Under the pieces are notes generated by a model, which saw only the letters and a list, made by a program, of their open reading frames with translations, did no database searches and was not told the DNA's origin. DNA of 64,000 bases from Podarcis cretensis (taxonomy: Eukaryota), in assembly GCA_951804945.1 (NCBI GenBank), contig OX638149.1, positions 97,898,001 to 97,962,000 of the forward strand. Direction: 5' to 3'. Made by a program: the position numbers and the translations under genes. Below are positions 10,470 to 23,962 of this stretch, one piece after another (the first letter of the stretch is position 1; every line of letters starts with the position of its first letter).

Positions 10470-11803
10470 CTGTCCACTGCTCAAGCCAGCCAGCCATGGG
10501 GACCTCCTGCATCAAAGTCCATTCTGTTACTCATTTTTCGTTTCCTCTCCAATAGTTACTGAGCATCCTCTGTCCACTGAACAGACTGAGGCCACGTTCA
10601 CACCATACATTTAAAGTACTTATCACACCCCTTTATTCAGCCATGCCTTCCTCTCAAGATTATAGGAGCTGTAGTTAAGGGAACTGAGCATTGTTCGGAG
10701 ACCCTCTAGTCCCCTCTCAAAGTTACAATTCCCAGAGTGGTTTAACAATCAAGGATTTGTATAATGGAAGAAAGGACACTCACAAACACTTCACAGCCAA
10801 CTCTAAAATAAAGTAAATGCATAAAAAGAAAGTCTGCACCCACCCATGATAATTTCATTCCCTTCTCTTGTTTTACTCCTGGTCACTCTTTGGCTATCGA
10901 AGTCTCATGGCGAGGGGGTTTTGGTGCACTCTTCACCAAGAAGCAAGACATTGAAATGTGTGAGGGACCAGTTCTATTTCTGAAGCATGACAAAACTTTC
11001 CAGAACAGTGGGCAATATTTGAGGGGAGAAATTAGCCTAGAGTAATAAAGCCTGTGTGCTTACTACCAGAAAGTCCCACATTTCTTCCAGAAAAGAAAAT
11101 GAGAAGAGTCAAAACAGAAGCTGCCAAAACATGGAGGGGTTGTTTTTATTTTTATGCAACTAATTGGAAAAGCAACCTATGTTTTGAAGATAAGCAGATC
11201 TGTGGGTTACCTAAAATATTAAAATGTCTAGGCTGGACACATTAGTGCAATGCTTTTGAGAATATATGGCAACTGCTGACTGTAAGAAATACCTAAGTCA
11301 CTTTTAGCTGATGTGAATATCTTCCTTTGATCATATTGATGTCAGAATATGAGGAGGCTTTTGGTACTATGAATATTATTATCTCTCCAGTAAGAAAGTC
11401 AGTATTACCGGTGACAGCATCTTGTCTGATGAGCTAGCTGTGTAGACATTAAAAGTGCAACATCAGCCACCACCATCCGCCATGATTGGCAGGCAGTATG
11501 AAGCCTCTGAAAAGGCCTGAAAGTTATCAGAAACCCACAATCTGCCTGCTGCACTTCAGATGCCAGCTCAAATCTTCACACTGCTTGCAGCTCCTGCAGT
11601 TTTCCTCAAGAGCCATGAACCAGGTCTGGATATGAATAGAGTCACCCATGACCCTAGCCAGGTTCCAGTGAACACTCTTTGAAGGACATAGCAACTCCAT
11701 GCTAAGGGACGGTAACAAAAGCTAGTTACAGAACTCAATGGCATTAACATGAAATAAAGGGATAAGGTATAAACCCTTACTGGACTTATTTTCAAAAGGT
11801 CTT

Positions 11804-12450
11804 AATCATAGAATCATAGAATCATAGAATCATAGAATCATAGAGTTGGAAGAGACCACAAGGGCCATCGAGTCCAAGCCCCTGCCAAGCAGGAAACACC
11901 ATCAGAGCACTCCTGACATATGGTTGTCAAGCCTCTGCTTAAAGACCTCCAAAGAAGGAGACTCCACCACACTCCTTGGCAGCAAATTCCACTGTCAAAC
12001 AGCTCTTACTGTCAGGAAGTTCTTCCTAATGTTTAGGTGGAATCTTTTTTCTTGTAGTTTGGAACCATTGCTCCGTGTCCGCTTCTCTGGAGCAGCAGAA
12101 AACAACCTTTCTCCCTCCTCTATGTGACATCCTTTTATATATTTGAACATGGCTATCATATCACCCCTACACCTCCTCTTCTCCAGGCTAAACATGCCCA
12201 GCTCCCTTAGCCGTTCCTCATAAAGCATCGTTTCCAGGCCTTTGACCATTTTGGTTGCCCTCCTCTGGACACGTTCCAGTTTGTCAGTGTCCTTCTTGAA
12301 CTGTGGTGCCCAGAACTGGACACAGTACTCCAGGTGAGGTCTGACCAGAGCAGAATACAGTGGCACTATTACTTCCCTTGATCTAGATGCTATACTCCTA
12401 TTGATGCAGCCCAGAATTGCATTGGCTTTTTTAGCTGCCGCGTCACACTG
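11804..12450 (-). mobile_element. Young 5'-truncated CR1 LINE (end of ORF2, 3'UTR and octamer tail)
   Basis: ORF 11995-12366 reads [25 protein letters not shown]...[12 protein letters not shown]...TRSNGSKL, the typical CR1 RT C-terminus. Five AATCATAG units at 11804-11843 form the (ATTCTATG)n tail. Confidence 0.95.
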
Positions 12451-12845
12451 AAGTCACACCGCGTCACACTGAAGAACCACTCATTTAAAAATTTGATCCT
12501 CAAATTGGTCACTTTCAAAAATCACTATGCTTACAATTCCCAGCCTTGCCTTCCCATTAGTCTCCCACCCCCTTTTGGGGGGCCATAATGTAGAAAACTG
12601 GAGTAGGCGTTATATCCTCAATTATTTCATTATGTGATTAAGGCTGAAATCATACAAACATTTACCTGGGAGTAAGCCCCACCTAAATGAATGGACTTTA
12701 CTCAATGGGGTAGCAATACACTATTGGACTTCAGAGTTGCCTGCCTTATAATACTATTCTAATAGAAATTCAGCTTCATTTCAGAGGACGTGGAAATTCA
12801 AGGCGATATTTACATGGTGCATACTATCAGATATATATGCTTTAA

Positions 12846-12926
12846 AAAGGTAAAGGTAAAGGGACTCCTGACAGTTAAGTCCAGTCGCGAACGACTCTGG
12901 GGTTGCAGCACTCATTTCGCTTTACC
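12846..12926 (-). mobile_element. Sauria SINE 3' fragment (different subfamily from the two long copies)
   Basis: aaaggtaaaggtaaaggg is the (ACCTTT)n tail, followed by the agtc...gactctggggttg stem-loop region. Confidence 0.8.
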
Positions 12927-14212
12927 ACACCCCAAAGGCCTAATGTGAAGATTTCTAAAGTTTGTTTAAGCATTTCCTGTGCCAGATACTCAGCACTCTC
13001 TCCATCTGTTTGCTTCCTTTATAGAATAATGATTAATTCAGCATAGCATAGTGCACTGTAATGTATGCGGAAAGCATATAAAGCTAACATTACTACTTGC
13101 AAATTTCATAGACTGTTTGTACAACCTAGTGGGGAAAGCTGGCCAGTGCACCTTTTTACTTACATGTTCAGTGCATGCAGTTTACTCATTAGCATTCAAA
13201 AGTAGACTTCTGCAGACACCATATGGGAGCTACGTTTTCCATTATAGTAAATAATGAATTCATTTGAAGAATATTTCTGTACACAATTGCACAGATTAGA
13301 ACTTCTCATATCCAAAGACCAATACGGGGTTTAATATAAACAAACCCTTACACACCATAGATTTAAAGCAAAATATTACCAAAAGACACAAGCTACTTGC
13401 TGTTAAAAGAGAAGCAATAGGGGAGTGAGTTTAACTCCTATTTCTCCTGGAATTGGGGAATCTGTTCTTGGTGATTCTGGTCTGGGAAGTGACCATATTC
13501 ACCCTCTTAATCTGCTTCCTTCAGACGCTACCAGACCAGTGTAAGAACAGCTATGTCGGGACTTGCATTCCTTGATGTGACTTGCTTTGTTGGGAATAGG
13601 ATCATCTTTATCCTAAATTTAATAATTACCAGAGGTGGAAAGACCACTGCTATTGAGGGTCCCAGAAACCACAGGCATGCTGCAACCAGAAGCACTTTTG
13701 CAAGTCATTTCCTCAAATATAATGCATTTTTATGTGCATTCTCCTTAAAATAAGGCACTTTCATAGACATTATTTGGTTGAAGACCTGCACTGCAAAATT
13801 CAGAGAAGTGAAATTTCAAAGGCTAATCATGATTCAGTTCAAACATTGGTTATATAAGTGTGAATTAGGCAGCTTCTTATTAAAATGCAAACGGAATTGA
13901 AATTCTTCCCCCTCCTCACAGACATGATCACCTAAATAACTAATCGGTACTGTCAAAGGTGGCAGTGCTAACCAGTTGAAAATCCATTACTGAATCCCCG
14001 TTGCTGCACACAATGATCCCCAGGAACTATGCATGCACTGCCATTTTTGTACACAGGTCCACATCTACCAGGGAATGACTTTGCAGATGACTGTTTCCAC
14101 ATTCACATCATTCTTCCCTAGCTCAAGGTCAGCTATTTTTATTTTCATAGTAAATCAATAAAAATATTAACTCATCAGGTGTGGGGGGGCATCTTGTAAT
14201 CATAAATTCAGA

Positions 14213-14450
14213 AGCAGCTCACCAGGTGGGGCAGAGCCACTACAGTAACTTGATGGCAGATAGATCACTGTTACTTACTGGGAGGGAGGTTGAGGTGGTG
14301 CAAACACAGCAGCAAGAGCACCAGATTGGCTTTGACACGGTGTTTGCACCATGCTGACCTCACTGCTGCCTCTCCCTCCATGTAATCAACAGAGACCCAC
14401 CTACCAGGAAGCTAGCATAGCAGCTCTGCTGTAGCTGACAAGCCACTTCA
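14213..14450. mobile_element. Old palindromic MITE-like element (related sequences near 15590-15780 and 38390-38627)
   Basis: Imperfect long inverted repeat (ggtgcaaacac...gtgtttgcacc core, gggagggagg/cctctccctcc arms). Similar sequence occurs at the other two loci. Confidence 0.45.
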
Positions 14451-16943
14451 GCATGTACCGGTAAATATGTATGCTAATTAATCTATTCTTGCAGTTCACA
14501 AGCAATGCATGGCAAAAAGGGTTTTAATATAAATGCTTTGATAGTATTTCTCCCCTTTCTCTTTTTCCAACATCTGGTGGTAGACATATTTCTAAATGCT
14601 CTCAACAGTGATAAATCTGCATCATATATGTCTCATAAGGTAATGGTCTAAATATTTTTTCTTTTCTTTAACAAGACAGCCTCTTAGGTTCTATGCTTCT
14701 AGTTACTGAAATTTTACACTATAAAATAATGGTGCCATTTGTTTACATTAGAATCAAGGTTCCATTTTGAAACTTAATACTGTCATCAATTCTCAAAATA
14801 AAAGTGTGCCAACAGTGTGGAACAAGGCAAATTAGAACTATATTTTACTGATGTATGGTGTCTTGAAGTTTTGACAGCAGCTTCACAGAATTTACAAAGC
14901 AGAAAATAAGAATGTGACATTTAAGACTTGAATAAGTTCTATTTTAAAAAACATAGAGACTGTTATTAAGTTTCATGCAGACTAATTCTATGCATGTTTA
15001 CTCAGACGTAAGGCCTACTATGCTCTGTGGACTTAACTGTTCAAAGAATTGCAGCCGTAGAAAAATACACATACAGGGACAGTCACTCAATTAGAAATAC
15101 AGAGCTGGAGAAGGTCTTGCAGACTATCTAGCTCAGCCTCTGCTCAGTGCATGAAATCTAGAGCTAAAGCATCTTCAACAGAGGGATATTCTCCATCTTT
15201 TCCCTAAAGACTTGGTTTTGTGCAAGACTCAGTTGGATTTAACGTATTCCATCACTTGGAACTCTGTTTCAGTATTTTAATCCCTGAAATTAATGTGGAA
15301 ATCAGAACTTAGATATCCACTAGATTTTTGCATGTATTCAAATGTTGCAATAAATTTTGTCAAAATATGGAGAAAATATATATGTTTAAATATGTATTAA
15401 CTTATGAACTAAAATATGATTTTGGAGAGGGCATGGACATCAATAGGCAACTTCCTTAGAGACCCCTTAAAACCTCTGGAATCCTTAAGTCTCATAGATA
15501 TGATCATCTTAGTTGCTCTGTCACCTTTAAGTACCTGACCAACTCAGCTAGAAACATAGAATATATTATGATAAAATATGAGCATTAACAGCTTATCAGG
15601 TGGGATAGACCATTACAATAGCTTCCCAGCAGATGGGTCACTATTGTTTATCAGGAGGAAGAAGGGACAGAAGTGGGGAGGTCAGCACTGTGCAAATGCA
15701 ACAAGGAGCAACAGGAAGCAATAGTATCCCTCCTGCTAGGAAGCATGCATTGTGTCTCCACTCCACCTGGTGATATGCTTCCGTATATGAGTACTGATAG
15801 TTAGCTTTTACAAGGGTTTTTGTTTGTTTATTTTTTAGAGGGGGGGACTAAATAATGAACTAGTAAGGCAAGAATACAAACACACACACACAAAGAAGAT
15901 GATCTAAAAATTTGGGTTGGAACATATTAGAAGTGATGATGGTGGTAGTGATTTTGCTAGTCTAGATTTTAATTGAATTTTTGTTAATATTTTATCAAAA
16001 AAAGTTGTAAGGCAATAAACTGAAATGACCAAAAAACCCCAACATTTTAAAACTCCAGAAGAAGTTTGAAATGGAGAATTATGCAGTAATGGTACAATTA
16101 ATAATACAGAAGAAATCTTTGGAATAGAATACCCATTACTGATAACTCGAGAGCTAGGGCAGAGTACAAAACTTTTATCTTGGTTTTCATGAATATGATA
16201 TGCGGATACATTTTGTTAAAGTGATTTTGATTTTACTGAATGCAGCTATGTCTTAAAGCAATTGAAGATATCATTTTAAAAGATTACTATTTTAAAAAAA
16301 TTGAACATGCTATCCTTAAAAAAATACATAAAAGAGATGAATACTACATATTACAATCTTTGATAATGACAAAGAAAATGAAAATGTAGAAAATTGTGCT
16401 TTAAATCTTAAAAAGGACAATTTTTTTGGTGCAGCAATGTGATGAGAAATGAAGAGAGGACTATTTACATAGCAGATGTCTGGAAAATTTGTTTTGACAT
16501 TTTAGATATGTGGTGTTCATCAGGAGACAAAAGTTATCATGTAAGGTGTCTGCTTTGTCATCTAATTCTTCAGCAAAATTAAATCATTTCAATTTTAGCA
16601 AGTCCCAATCATTAGTATCCTCTGGCAAAGAGATATACTAAGACTTTATGACTCCAGACCCAGAGCTCTAAGCACTATCCCTGTATTTAGCCTTCCCAAG
16701 CCTAGTGGCCTCCAGGTGTGTTGGACTACAACTACCACCATCCCTGACCACTCTACCTGGGGCTGAAGGGAGCTGCACTCCCAGATATCAGGAATGCTGC
16801 TCTAGTTACTTATTTTCCTTTACCTCGGGATGGACTTCTTTGCTCAACCCAACCTGATATCCCCTCTCCCACAGGCCAGGACCACTTGTAGGGCAGGTGG
16901 CTATGGCATAGCCAAAATGGCACAGTCCTGCTAGTTGCTCCTG

Positions 16944-17035
16944 CATATTCATGCAGAATTTTCAGGACCCTTTAAACACCACATAGTTTCAGTTGTGATA
17001 GATGCCCATTTGAAATGTCTGGATGGTTTTCAAAA
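16944..17035 (+). pseudogene. Relic of a Gypsy/Ty3 integrase core
   Basis: Translates as HIHAEFSGPFKHHIVSVVIDAHLKCLDGF, matching the Gypsy motif RIHIDFAGPF....LVVVDAHSKWLEVF. Confidence 0.6.
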
Positions 17036-19202
17036 TGAACTTGTTAGTTTCCTGTGAATTTGCTTTTAAAGCCAGATGCAGAACAGTAAGTAATGTTATA
17101 TAAGCAGAAACAGAAATAACTCCTTTATCTGGTTGGAAAAGACACTTAGGAACCAACCCTAACTTAACTTTGACAAACCTTTCCCACAGTGCATTTAAGG
17201 GTCATCGGACATGTAAATTTGCCAGTAAATTTATACTGTACTGAACTGGCAGGGAGTGAGATTACAATAATCTCTGATAATGACAGAAGATAGTGTAACA
17301 ATTTAGGGTCTCAGTAATTCTGCCATAAGAGCATCACACATTTAGACATTTAATTCAGGGGCAAAAACATGTCATGATGAAGTTCAGTTTGACTGATTAA
17401 TTTTAACTGTGCAGTTCTTCACTTGGGAAAGAAGAAGGATGACTATGATAAATTGTTATATTACCTTTTTGATTAATGGTTACTTTCCATTTCATATAAT
17501 TATCAAGTAATAGTTTCAATGGAAGATGCTGGGAAATGAAACTCCACTCTAGATAACAATATCCCTGTCTGGCAAGAAAAATGGGTCTCCATTTTCTACA
17601 CATTGCTGTGCAGCAAGACCAACAGAGAGAAAACCTACGGTTTGTGAATTTTGAAGGATAAGATGGATTTGCGAAAGCACCTGTCCAAATGAAGTTGCAA
17701 GTAGGGTGGGCCAACATGGATTCCATGGCCACTATAGAAATAAAGTAGAAGTTTAAGCCAAACATTTCTGAGATAAAGATTCAGAGAATACTATAGATAC
17801 TGTGGTGCATATCTCCAGCTATACAACAGCTACTATATAAGGCAAGTGTGAAAGAGCTTTCTACCTGCCAATTCTCTCTGGCTGTGACATTAGGATTAGA
17901 TCAGCTCTAAACAGTCGCCTGACCTGCAGAAACCAGCAGTGAAAATTTTCACACCCTAGAGATAAACATTCATTAGGGATAGGCAAATCAGCCGGTTTAC
18001 ATTCCATGTAGGTTCTGCAAGTGTTCAGTTCACACAAGGACCTGCGCTTGCAGAACAGAACTTCCCCTTCTTTTCCTCCCTCTGCATGTCCCCTAGCAAA
18101 ATATCTGCTCTAGGGGTTCCTCAACTTGCAGGAACAGATTTTTTTTTTGGGGGGGGGGAAGTCAGGGATAGGAGATGGAGGGGAAGTTCCATTGAACAAA
18201 TGGGACTTCTTTGGAAACAACACATGTTATATGTTATTCCTTTTTTAAAAATTCCATACTGACATGATGATTTTTACATGTATGGATAATGAGCTGTATA
18301 TGTACTTTGGTTTCCTCCACACACACACCCCTTAAATTACTGGTATTGGATTTATTGCATATTTATATACCTGGATTCTTTCTTTTTTAAAATATAAGGC
18401 GCTTTGAGACATATTGATAGTTAAGTGGTCTATAGTTAAGTGACTTTTATGATTGTTTTTGCAGATTAAAACCAACCATAAATTGCAATTTAAGTGCATA
18501 TATCTTTTATGCATCTTGAACTTATTATTCCCCTAAAATATGTATTTTTTTCATTTTTGCAACTTTTTGGATTAACTGTTTTTACCAAAACTGCATTACA
18601 AAACTTGAGGTATGTAATCCAACTAGTTGCTGCATTATAATCTGTTTGTGACTGCAACCAATTAACTCAGTTCACTTTGAAATGCAGACCAACTGTTTTT
18701 TTCTTCTTCTAATATCTGCAAATCAAACTGTTCTTAAAGGCATAGGAGGAAAGCTACTGAGCATACCAGGACACCCTACTTTGCACAGATGTAGGGAGTT
18801 ATGGCTATGGACTTTATAAATCAGTGATAGACATCTATACTCCTTCCAGATTGTTCCTGTTCCCCCAAAAAGTCATATAGAATTTTTTTATATATATATA
18901 ATGCACTTGAACTATAATAAAGATAATTGCTGTTACTGCTGCCCAGAGCTAAATCCCATGCTTGCTAGTGGATTTTCAACACTTTAATTATTTTCACGAG
19001 CTATTAAAAAATCTCATTCCAACTCTCTCTCAATTCACTGTGCAAACATCCTGTGAGAAAGTTACTTCCACTCTCAATTTTAGTTTTGCTGAGTTAATTG
19101 ACAGCCTATTGATTGGTACACAAATATTATAGCCTCAATTAAATACATCTGATACTATATTCATAATGCACTTTGATCATGTATTTCTCCTTTATTTTCA
19201 AT

Positions 19203-19481
19203 TAGTCTTGCCATACGTCAGGAAAATTCCCGACATGTCCTAGTTTTCAGGTGTAAAAATGGTGTTAGGAGGGATTTTTGCTGAAGCGGCAAAGTGTCAT
19301 GGAAAACCCAGATGTATGGCAACATGATGGGAAAAGCAGTGAAAACAGCTCTAAAAGCTTAAAACCACTATTTCTGATGGAGGCTCCCCCCCCCCAAAGC
19401 TGAATAATTTTGGTGGTTTCCTTTAAAAAGCTCAACAATTGTGCGAGTGTATATTTTACATTCTGAAATATGGCAACCCTA
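19203..19481. mobile_element. Non-autonomous hAT-like DNA transposon
   Basis: Degenerate TIRs TAGTCTTGCCA...TGGCAACCCTA, flanked by a repeated TTTCAAT (degenerate ~8-bp TSD). Confidence 0.6.
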
Positions 19482-19577
19482 TTTCAATGACCTCCCTCCC
19501 CAAAGCATGATCATCATTTTACATTCTATCTCTGAATTTCAAGAGAGGGTGTCCACCATTATGCAAACAAAGTGGCA

Positions 19578-19578
<1 letters not shown>

Positions 19579-19611
<33 letters not shown>
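19579..19611. repeat. (CA)n microsatellite
   Basis: Read directly. Confidence 0.95.
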
Positions 19612-19613
<2 letters not shown>

Positions 19614-22600
19614 ATTTGGGTGAACCCCTGAGGTTTGCATGAGTTTACATGGGAAATTTTAAAAGGGAAACCTCAAAAACAACCCTCTAAGTGTTCAGTG
19701 GCACAGAATGCTGGGAAACTGTGAAGAGGGGAAATAGCCAAAGGGAGAGGGAAAGATATTGGAAAGGCTGCAAAGGGGTCATATTGATATAAGAAAAGTG
19801 CCCACATATTGTATGGGCAGGCCATTTCCTGTTCTACACTAAAGAAGCATTTTTAAATGTTCCCAGGGATATAAGGGAAAGCTCCATTCCCATAAGCATT
19901 TGTTGATTTATTTATTTAATTTATTTATTTCATAAAATGTATATACCATTTGCTTGCAAAGAAACTCAAAGTGGTTTACAAAGTATATGTGATTAACATA
20001 TGCTCACATTTAATATTTGTTGCTGGCCTTCCCTCTGTCGTTTTTGTCCACTGTTGTGATTACATTAATAAACCAGCAGTGGAAGTGTCTGTTTCTATTT
20101 TGGGCTGTCTTCAATGCAGCACTAAATTAAAGTCACTTAGTGGTACATACTGTATATGTATTGGTTGGCAAACTGTTTTGTGCAACACTGTTGTGCAAGG
20201 GAATAAGCAAGCAGGTTGCTTGCAACTTTGTTGCAATCTGTTGCACAATTACAGTACCTTTGCTAAGGCAACTGTTGCTTTGGAGTCTGATGTGCAACAT
20301 TAAAACTCATCTAGCACAGGCCAACCTAACTTTCGTTTAGTGCAGCACAGAAGTTTTTTTTAAAAAAAGTCTGAGGGTGAGCAAAGTAGCTCCAAGTCCT
20401 TCTCTTGAAACTTTTGCATGGTTCCTGCAAGCGATAGTTTGGGTTACTGTGGCATGCGGACAAGGGCATTGGGATAATTTTTATTGGTGAACATGATACA
20501 AGATTTTAAATTTAGCAAAGCCCTCTCCCATGAATGTGGATGTTGAAAAGGTATCACTGGGCCTATTTTACCATGTCTAATCTCATGTAAGAGTTTATGT
20601 ATCCAGGCAATTTCTAATGTATTTAATTTCATAACAATTACCTGACTGAATGACTTTAGCCAATGGATTTTTAAACAATTAAAAACCCAAGCAAGCATAT
20701 TTTTGGCACAAATTCAAATGGTTGAACACTACAAAACCATACTAGGCTAGAAGAGGTACTTTAGCTTCCCCTGAGATAATTATTTTTGCATATAAATATT
20801 CATGCTGAACAGGAAATAATTAGTTTTTGGTGCATGTCCTTAGTCTAATTTGTGGATAAAAGCACATTTTTTTCCAAAAAAGGAAGGCAGAGAAAAGGAT
20901 GTGAGATTTGTGGATTTAAAATATTTTGGATATGATAGAAGGCTGCTAATAATATAATTTCTTCTGTTACAAATCAAAGGAAACTTCAGGAAGACTAAAT
21001 AGTGTTTAAAATCATACATAAAGAATTACTAGTAATGTATGGCTCCATCCAGCTAGGGCTCTCCCATGAAGATATACTTGGTGACTGAACCACCCATAAG
21101 CCTGGGTGTTTTATACGTAAAATAAGCTGCAACCATACTGATCAGGAATTGAGAGGGTAAGTGGCAGACTAGATTTAGTTCCTCCTGCGTACCCTGTCCC
21201 CAAAAGTGATTGGTGTAACTGAACGTCATTCTGCAGACATCAACATATGCAGGTCCAACATGCTGTTGGATCAGGGCTGCTGATGTGCATCAAAATATAC
21301 ACATCATTTGGAAGAAGAAAAATATGGGTTTCATTCACTTCACTTTGAAGCACCTGAATGCAGAGGTATGTTCACAGAGCATAACAAAGCACTTGATGCA
21401 CTGGTTGTTTATGGGGAATTGGGGGCTTCTGTGTCCCTCCCCTATCCATGTTCAGCTCTCTCCTTTCTCCACAACAATTGTGGCCTTGATCAAATGGACA
21501 GAGTAGCATGTGGGACAAACAAATGGCCTCAAGTGATGCTTATGCATGTACTGCAGGGGAGTGGGGGGATGCCTGTAAAGATGCTTCTGCTCTTGATGAA
21601 CTGGAGTGTGTCTCATATGTTTGATTACTAGCTCACTGTGCCACACCACTGGTGATATAACAAACATTAGTAATGTCTGAGAAGAAGATTATTTTCTGTA
21701 TGAGGAAACTGTGGTTTAATTCTCCATTCATTCTGCCGGAGTAAAGAATTTCTATCTATACCCATATGCCAAGTTGCGATGCATAAACTATAGCTATTTA
21801 TTACAGCACTGTGTCATTTGTCACTTTTATAGAATTCACCATATTTTCCAGGCTATAAAATGAAATAAAATTATGCAGCAATGATGTATGCCATCATTAC
21901 TTCTCATTTCCAGTGTTTGGATTATATTCAGCTTCACAAAACAAGCTTGATTTATAAAGTGAATAAATAACAATAGCCTTCAACTCTATATATCTACTGA
22001 GGCTTCATTAGTGGCCATAAGATTCTGCAACATTATTCAAAGAACACTCTTGGATCAAATTAAATCCAGCCTCCTACAAGTAAGAAATTTAAATGAAGGG
22101 GCAGTATCAAATGTAGTCTGATAGACTAATGGCTAATCTGCCTCTCTGCATGTCTGCATTTGCTTTTTGTTTTGTTGGGGGTGGGGGTGGGGTGGAAGGT
22201 GCTTAAAAAAACTATACAAAGAAAATACTGCAACCAAAGTGCCTTAGGATGAAATGCAACTCACCAGGCGAAGTACAATGCACTAAAGCATGAATGGAAA
22301 TGAAAGTAGCAGCTAACAAGATTAGAATGAGATAGAAAATGGGGAAGGAAATAAGGTAAGACAGAATTAGATTAGATTTTTGGTAATATTTCCCAGCAAA
22401 GGTATATTATCTTAAAGGTTTCAGTACAGCTTATATCACGGTGTACCAGGAAGCAAAGGGAGGAAAGGATTTCATGTTTCACTCAAAAACAATTTTGAGC
22501 ATTACTAATGATTTTTTTAAAAATGGCAAAATGCTCAAGACACTTTTCTGCATTATATTACTGCTGAATAATTTCTAGCAAATAACCTCTCTGTAAGCAT

Positions 22601-23764
22601 TTTGAGCCATCATATGTCCTAATTTGTAAGGATTCTCAGAGTAGCAGATTGGATCTTTCTAAGTTGCATGGACTGGCTTGTTTTTACTCCCCAGTCACCT
22701 CTGGATAGCAGCCAAAGCTTTATTTTTGCCTCTGTGGGTTCATGTTTACACACAGCTTTTTGGGAAAGATTATTACGATGTTTGATTTAGGTTTTCAATC
22801 TACCACCTGCTTCTCCCTGATAGGTCTAAAGGGGAGTAGCAAGGGAGGATGAAAAAGTAGGAGACCATCTGGAAACTGTCAAAGAAGCAAAGATATCACA
22901 GCCTCAGGAAGGTCGCCTTTACAATGCTTTATTTGTCAACTTTGTCAGGAACATTCCCCCACCAACTCACTGGAACTTCTTTAGCATAGTGCTAAGCACT
23001 TTGTCCTTCACAGTGAGCCTTGAACATTATCAGTCAGGTACAGCATCTGAAGAAAACTATTCAATATCCCTAAGAAAAGAATCTATCTTTGTGGTCCGTT
23101 CCATGGGATAATTTCTCATGGGATAAAATAATTATAATTCTTTGCTGTTATTCATTAGACTTGCTAGCAGCTTGTTATTCAAAAGCATCCAAGCAATTTA
23201 CAACACATTTCAAAACATAAACACAAATCCATTAAAGAAGAAATGCATACCCAAAGGCAAAGGCCTGGCCAGGGCGGTTGTCCTCTTATATACCTGCTGG
23301 GATTGACAAGGCATCTGACCCTCACCTGAATCTCATAACTCTCCTGACAGGTGATCTGGTCTGCAGCCACAGTTTGGAAATAAAGGATGAGATTGCCCAC
23401 TGGATATCACTCTACTATTCAAATTAGCCCCCAGTGTTTTTGTTACAATCCCCTCCTCAATTAAGTAATCAATTTTAATCTAGAATTTAAATTCTCAAAA
23501 CTTTCTTATTTGTTAATTCAAGCAAGTACGCTACTGCTCTCACTTCATTACAAGCAGTATTTCTACCTGCAACACACTTGAGCAAACCTGTTCCTCTTCC
23601 TTTCACATATATATTTTGTTGCCATTTGCAACTGTAGCTGTCTCTGATTAGTTATCATTTAACTCTTTGGGAAAATAATTAGCATCACACATCATGTGCA
23701 TGGAAGTTGCTGAACCAATTAACCAACTAGAAGGATTACTGTTAATAGCACCAGTTTTCCTATA

Positions 23765-23962
23765 CAGTGGTACATTGGGTTAAGTACTTAATTCGTTCTG
23801 GAGGTCCTTACTTAACCTGAAGCACCACTTTAGCTAATGGGGCCTCCTGCTGCCGGAGCACAATTTCTGTTCTCATCCTGAAGCAAAGTTCTTAACCTGA
23901 AGCAGTATTTTTAGGTTAGCGGAGTCTGTAACCTGAAGTGTATGTAACCCGAGGTACCACTG
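23765..23962. mobile_element. Tc1/mariner-pogo (Tigger-like) MITE
   Basis: TIRs CAGTGGTAC...GTACCACTG, TA duplication at 23763-64 and 23963-64, and internal TAACCTGA repeats. A second copy lies at about 60655-60855. Confidence 0.85.

Noticed and set aside
11440-11795. Host exon on the minus strand (acceptor-like gtcccttag, ORFs of 63 and 75 aa)
   Set aside because: All three frames hit stops before the candidate donor, and no protein similarity was recognised.
11804-11843. CRISPR-like or telomeric repeat array
   Set aside because: It is the spacer-less octamer tail of CR1. Nothing in the window looks prokaryotic.
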